Source of the DNA: an uncultured cyanobacterium
GTDB lineage: Bacteria; Cyanobacteriota; Cyanobacteriia; Phormidesmidales; Phormidesmidaceae
DNA length: 64,000 bases
Assembly: GCA_963793265.1 (NCBI GenBank)
Contig: CAWBZI010000006.1
Coordinates: forward strand, 960,001 to 1,024,000
Direction of reading: 5' to 3'
Shown here: positions 60,689 to 64,000 of the stretch, piece by piece
Layout: every line of letters begins with the position of its first letter
Numbering within the stretch: position 1 is the stretch's first letter
Notes under the pieces: model-generated
What the model saw: only the letters and a program-made list of their open reading frames with translations
Databases searched by the model: none
Told to the model about the DNA's origin: nothing
Translations under genes and position numbers: made by a program

Positions 60689-60783
60689 TTCGTCTACTTT
60701 CAGTTTGATTAGGCCGACCGACCGACATCTACTAACTTTGTAACCTTACAAGGCTCTATCGACTTCGCAAGCGAGATTTCGCA

Positions 60784-61692
60784 TTATCTAGCAGCAGAGA
60801 CTTTTTTAACTGCCAGCAGGCTTCCGACCAAGCCAATGCTAACGCCCAATCCGCCCAAAGCAGTTGGCAGCAGAATCCACTGTTGCGGCGTGAGCTGTAG
60901 GCCATTTACTAAGAATTCGATGAAGGCGGGTTGCTGACTTGCCGATAGCGATTTTAGACCTTTTTGGACTGCGAGCAAAAGCCCCCAGGAGCCGCCTGCG
61001 CCGACAATACCAAACGTGCAGCCTTGCAGTAGAAAGGGTAGATAGATCCAGCTACGGGTGGCACCGACAAGCTGCATTACCTCGATTTCATGACGGCGGG
61101 CGATCGCAATCAACCGTATCGTAGTCGTCACCACCGCGATCGCTGTCATACTCAACAGACCCACCACCGTCGAACTCACCCACCGCAGCCCCGTATTCAA
61201 GTCGCGTAGCTGCTGAATGACCTCGCTCACGTAGAGCACATCATTCACCCCATCCATATTCTTCAAAAGGTTCGCAAGCTGAGGAACCTGCTGAGCATCT
61301 CGCGCTTTTACCTTCAGCTCATCAACCAGCGGGTTGCCTTTGAGCTGCGCTGAAGCATTAGACACATCAGAAAGTCCTAAGTCTTCAGTAAGCTGCGCCC
61401 AAGCCTGCTCTTTACTCACCGCTTCCACGTCTACTACGCCCGGCAATCTTCTCACCTGAGAAGTCAAAGAGCCCGCATCTACGCCGCTGTCTAAATAAGT
61501 AGAGATCACGAGCTGCGAGCCAAACTGATTGAGCAGCCCTTCTATCTGCCAGCTTGCCTGCAAGCTAACGCCGAATAGAAACAGCAGTACGGTCATGGTG
61601 CTCATCGCGGCCCAGTTCATCCAGCCGCCGCGCCGCAGACCTCGTAGGGTTTCGTTGAGCAGGTAGTCGGTTTTGGTGAGCGATCGCAACAT
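60784..61692 (-). CDS. ftsX: Cell division permease FtsX
   Basis: N-terminal TM, periplasmic loop, TTIRL...RRHEIEVMQLVGAT..WIYLPFLLQG. Confidence 0.9.
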   Translation of the reverse strand: MLRSLTKTDYLLNETLRGLRRGGWMNWAAMSTMTVLLFLFGVSLQASWQIEGLLNQFGSQLVISTYLDSGVDAGSLTSQVRRLPGVVDVEAVSKEQAWAQLTEDLGLSDVSNASAQLKGNPLVDELKVKARDAQQVPQLANLLKNMDGVNDVLYVSEVIQQLRDLNTGLRWVSSTVVGLLSMTAIAVVTTTIRLIAIARRHEIEVMQLVGATRSWIYLPFLLQGCTFGIVGAGGSWGLLLAVQKGLKSLSASQQPAFIEFLVNGLQLTPQQWILLPTALGGLGVSIGLVGSLLAVKKVSAAR

Positions 61693-61920
61693 GGGGCTTA
61701 CCTTACGTCTTAAGTCGTGGAGGGAGAATCAAGATAGGCTTCCCTTCTTCGTACCTTCTATCAACTGAATTTGATTAGGTAAAAGCAATTCGCAACGAAT
61801 TTCGCCGCACGTATCTCGAAGTGAGTGTGAGTTGTTACAATAAAAGTGTTCCACAAAACGTTTAACCACTGGTTTACCTCCTTACAAATCGAAGGGCGTT
61901 TTGACCTCATTTTTAGAATC

Positions 61921-62484
61921 ATGGCCGCAGTCATCGACGTTGAAAAAAAGAAGCTTAAAAACCCACCGCTCACCATTTCTTACCTGGGCAATCGTGGGCT
62001 AAGAACGCCCTCTAAGCGCGTCACTAAAATAGATGATGAGCTGCGATCGCTCGTACGAAAAATGCTGCAAACCATGTACAGCGAAGACGGCATTGGCTTA
62101 GCAGCACCTCAAGTTGGCGTCAACAAGCAGCTATTAGTCATAGACGCCGATCCTGAAAACGAAGACGCACCGCCGCTCGTGCTGGTTAATCCTAAAATCA
62201 CTCGCTACAGCAAAGAGATGGCAAAGGGGCAAGAAGGCTGCTTGAGCATTCCAGGCGTTTACTTAGACGTAATTAGACCGGCAGCGGTAGAAGTGAGCTT
62301 CAAAGATGAAAACGGTAAGCCGCGTAAGATGCAGGCCGATGACCTAGTAGCGCGCGTCATTCAGCACGAGATGGATCACTTAGACGGCGTACTGTTTGTT
62401 GATCGGGTGGAAAATTCTATTGCGCTCAATCAAGAGCTGAAGAAGAACGGCTTTGAGGTTAAGCACGTTCAAAAGGTGAAGTAA
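61921..62484 (+). CDS. def: Peptide deformylase
   Basis: GIGLAAPQ, EGCLS, QHEMDHL motifs; the ATG at 61921 is preferred. Confidence 0.97.
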   Translation: MAAVIDVEKKKLKNPPLTISYLGNRGLRTPSKRVTKIDDELRSLVRKMLQTMYSEDGIGLAAPQVGVNKQLLVIDADPENEDAPPLVLVNPKITRYSKEMAKGQEGCLSIPGVYLDVIRPAAVEVSFKDENGKPRKMQADDLVARVIQHEMDHLDGVLFVDRVENSIALNQELKKNGFEVKHVQKVK

Positions 62485-62583
62485 AGCGCTTTCTACAGGT
62501 CGCTTTTAGCGCTTTCTTTAGGGAGGCGATCTCCGTTAGATTGAAAGAAGACTGAATAAATAAGTTCTTAGTAGGAAACGGTT

Positions 62584-62781
62584 GTGACTCCAAAAAGTGG
62601 TGCGTATTTAGGGATAGCTTGTTTGGCTGCGATCGCCGCAGTCGGTTCCATATTTGAGCTATCTTCTGGCGATCCGAATTGGGGTCAGGGGCCAACGATT
62701 GCAACGCTAGCGCTATGTGCACCAGCAGTTGTGATTGCCTTTGTAGCAGCGGTAAAAGATGCCCGCGCCAACATGGAATGA
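62584..62781 (+). CDS. Small two-TM hypothetical protein
   Basis: AAIAAVGSIFELSSG.P..G motif with two hydrophobic segments; AGGA ribosome-binding site and GTG start. Confidence 0.7.
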   Translation: MTPKSGAYLGIACLAAIAAVGSIFELSSGDPNWGQGPTIATLALCAPAVVIAFVAAVKDARANME

Positions 62782-62802
62782 TGACGCGGGAGAGCCTTGG
62801 CT

Positions 62803-63252
62803 TTATTCGTACAGCCAGGGCTTCATAGCAGGCTCCCAGCTACAGAGTTCACTCTCATCAAACCACAGCTTAATTTCACTTTGCGCAGTTTCAGGCGCAT
62901 CGGAGCCGTGGATAATGTTGCGGCCAATTGTAATGCCGTAGTCGCCGCGAATGGTGCCGGGCTCAGCGTCTAAAGGATTGGTTGCGCCAATGATTTTACG
63001 CGCAGAGGCAATCACGCCCTCGCCTTCCCACACCATGGCCACTACAGGCGCAGAAATAATGTAGTCCACGAGTCCCTTAAAGAAAGGACGCTCTTTGTGC
63101 ACTGCGTAGTGCGCTTCGGCTAGCTCGCGAGAAACGGCCATTTGCTTGAGGCCGACTAGCGTGAAGCCTTTGGCCTCAAACTTACCGATAATGTTGCTTA
63201 CCAAGCCGCGCTGCACGCCGTCAGGCTTGATCATGATAAAACTCTTTTCCAA
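62803..63252 (-). CDS. ndk: Nucleoside diphosphate kinase
   Basis: [21 protein letters not shown] motifs; AAGGAG ribosome-binding site and TTG start. Confidence 0.98.
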   Translation of the reverse strand: MEKSFIMIKPDGVQRGLVSNIIGKFEAKGFTLVGLKQMAVSRELAEAHYAVHKERPFFKGLVDYIISAPVVAMVWEGEGVIASARKIIGATNPLDAEPGTIRGDYGITIGRNIIHGSDAPETAQSEIKLWFDESELCSWEPAMKPWLYE

Positions 63253-63392
63253 TTGACAAGTGCTCCTTAAAAAGCCGATGAGTCGTTACGAAATTTAAGA
63301 CAGATGCGTCTAAAACCTTTCCTATGCTCAGCAACCAAGGTCAGTTTGTAAAGCGGTTTTTAGAAAACACTTTCATATTTAGCGAAATCTCA

Positions 63393-64000
63393 TCAGCCGC
63401 GTACTGCCGTCACGTCTATCGTGATCGTGCCATTACTCGAATCAGATTTGCTTGGCTGTGAGCTAGCTTTGGGCTCTGGCAACCTAATAACGGGTTTATC
63501 GGTAGGCTCTGGGTTTGAAACAGTTCTCTGCGCCACTGATTTCGCCGTTAGATCTTCAGACTGTGAAAGCTGTCGTAGCGTTCTGATTTGCTTGGCGTTT
63601 GACCAAGCCGCATGAGCCTGTTGCGCCTGGGCTCGCTCTGCTTGGGCTCTCCTTACGTGCATCTGCTCTGCATAGGCCCAAGCGGCTTCTGCTTGAGTGG
63701 CTTGCGGGTGATGCACAGAGGCTAAATTAAACACGTAGATGATGTCGCCTTGAGGCGTGGTTTCAAAAAAGGCCGAGAATGCCTGCGCCTGCGTGTTCAA
63801 GTAGGCTTGAGCTGCCGTACCGTTCATTTGAGTTCGCATTGCAAAATCTAAAACGCTGATGCGGCCCTGCTGCTGCTGAAGGAGCTGATAAAACTTGGCG
63901 TTGATTCGAGCCTGCTGCTTTTGTCTGTGCTGCTTTTGCTTGCGGTTTTGCTGCCATAGGTAATAGCTGCCTGCTGCTAAGCCAGCGATCGCAAACACTG
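63393..64000 (-). CDS. Hypothetical membrane-anchored protein (5' end probably outside the window)
   Basis: Open frame to the window edge; TM followed by GRISVLDFAM...GDIIYVF, possibly a winged-helix-like domain. Confidence 0.65.
   Translation of the reverse strand, partial: VFAIAGLAAGSYYLWQQNRKQKQHRQKQQARINAKFYQLLQQQQGRISVLDFAMRTQMNGTAAQAYLNTQAQAFSAFFETTPQGDIIYVFNLASVHHPQATQAEAAWAYAEQMHVRRAQAERAQAQQAHAAWSNAKQIRTLRQLSQSEDLTAKSVAQRTVSNPEPTDKPVIRLPEPKASSQPSKSDSSNGTITIDVTAVRG

Noticed and set aside
60486..60728. N-terminal extension of the 185 aa ORF, or a DUF4160 remnant
   Set aside because: The extension is read-through across the inverted-repeat element; the other frames I checked stop quickly and show no toxin motifs.

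Overview
A 64 kb chromosomal window from a cyanobacterium (psaC, ndhM, btpA, dense HIP1 GCGATCGC octamers), probably a non-heterocystous Leptolyngbya/Phormidesmis-like strain (lineage is inference). Most of it is housekeeping: crhR/rimO, btpA, VKOR-Trx, ugd/uxs, lepA, tyrA, recA/xseAB, murE, cysH, sufE, remA, NFACT/rqcH, dusA, lemA/M48 protease, hemC, glgA, tkt, fabF/acpP, ftsX, def, ndk, tRNA-Glu and tRNA-Asp. Accessory items are an AT-rich higBA toxin-antitoxin pair with an operator-like inverted repeat, an Rpn nuclease with an apparent nested small-protein start, orphan HicB and DUF2442 antitoxins, a stand-alone HerA-type ATPase and a 135 bp inverted-repeat element. The best candidate for an undescribed system is the cluster at 40062-44958: a membrane-anchored pseudokinase-PP2C phosphatase, a caspase-like CHAT protease fused to an FHA domain, and a small protein resembling PatU3, the known substrate of the CHAT protease HetF. 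A second observation is a local G-rich to C-rich skew switch centred on many HIP1 sites. No CRISPR array, rRNA, integrase or intact IS element was seen. All family calls come from motif recognition by eye; no database search was run.
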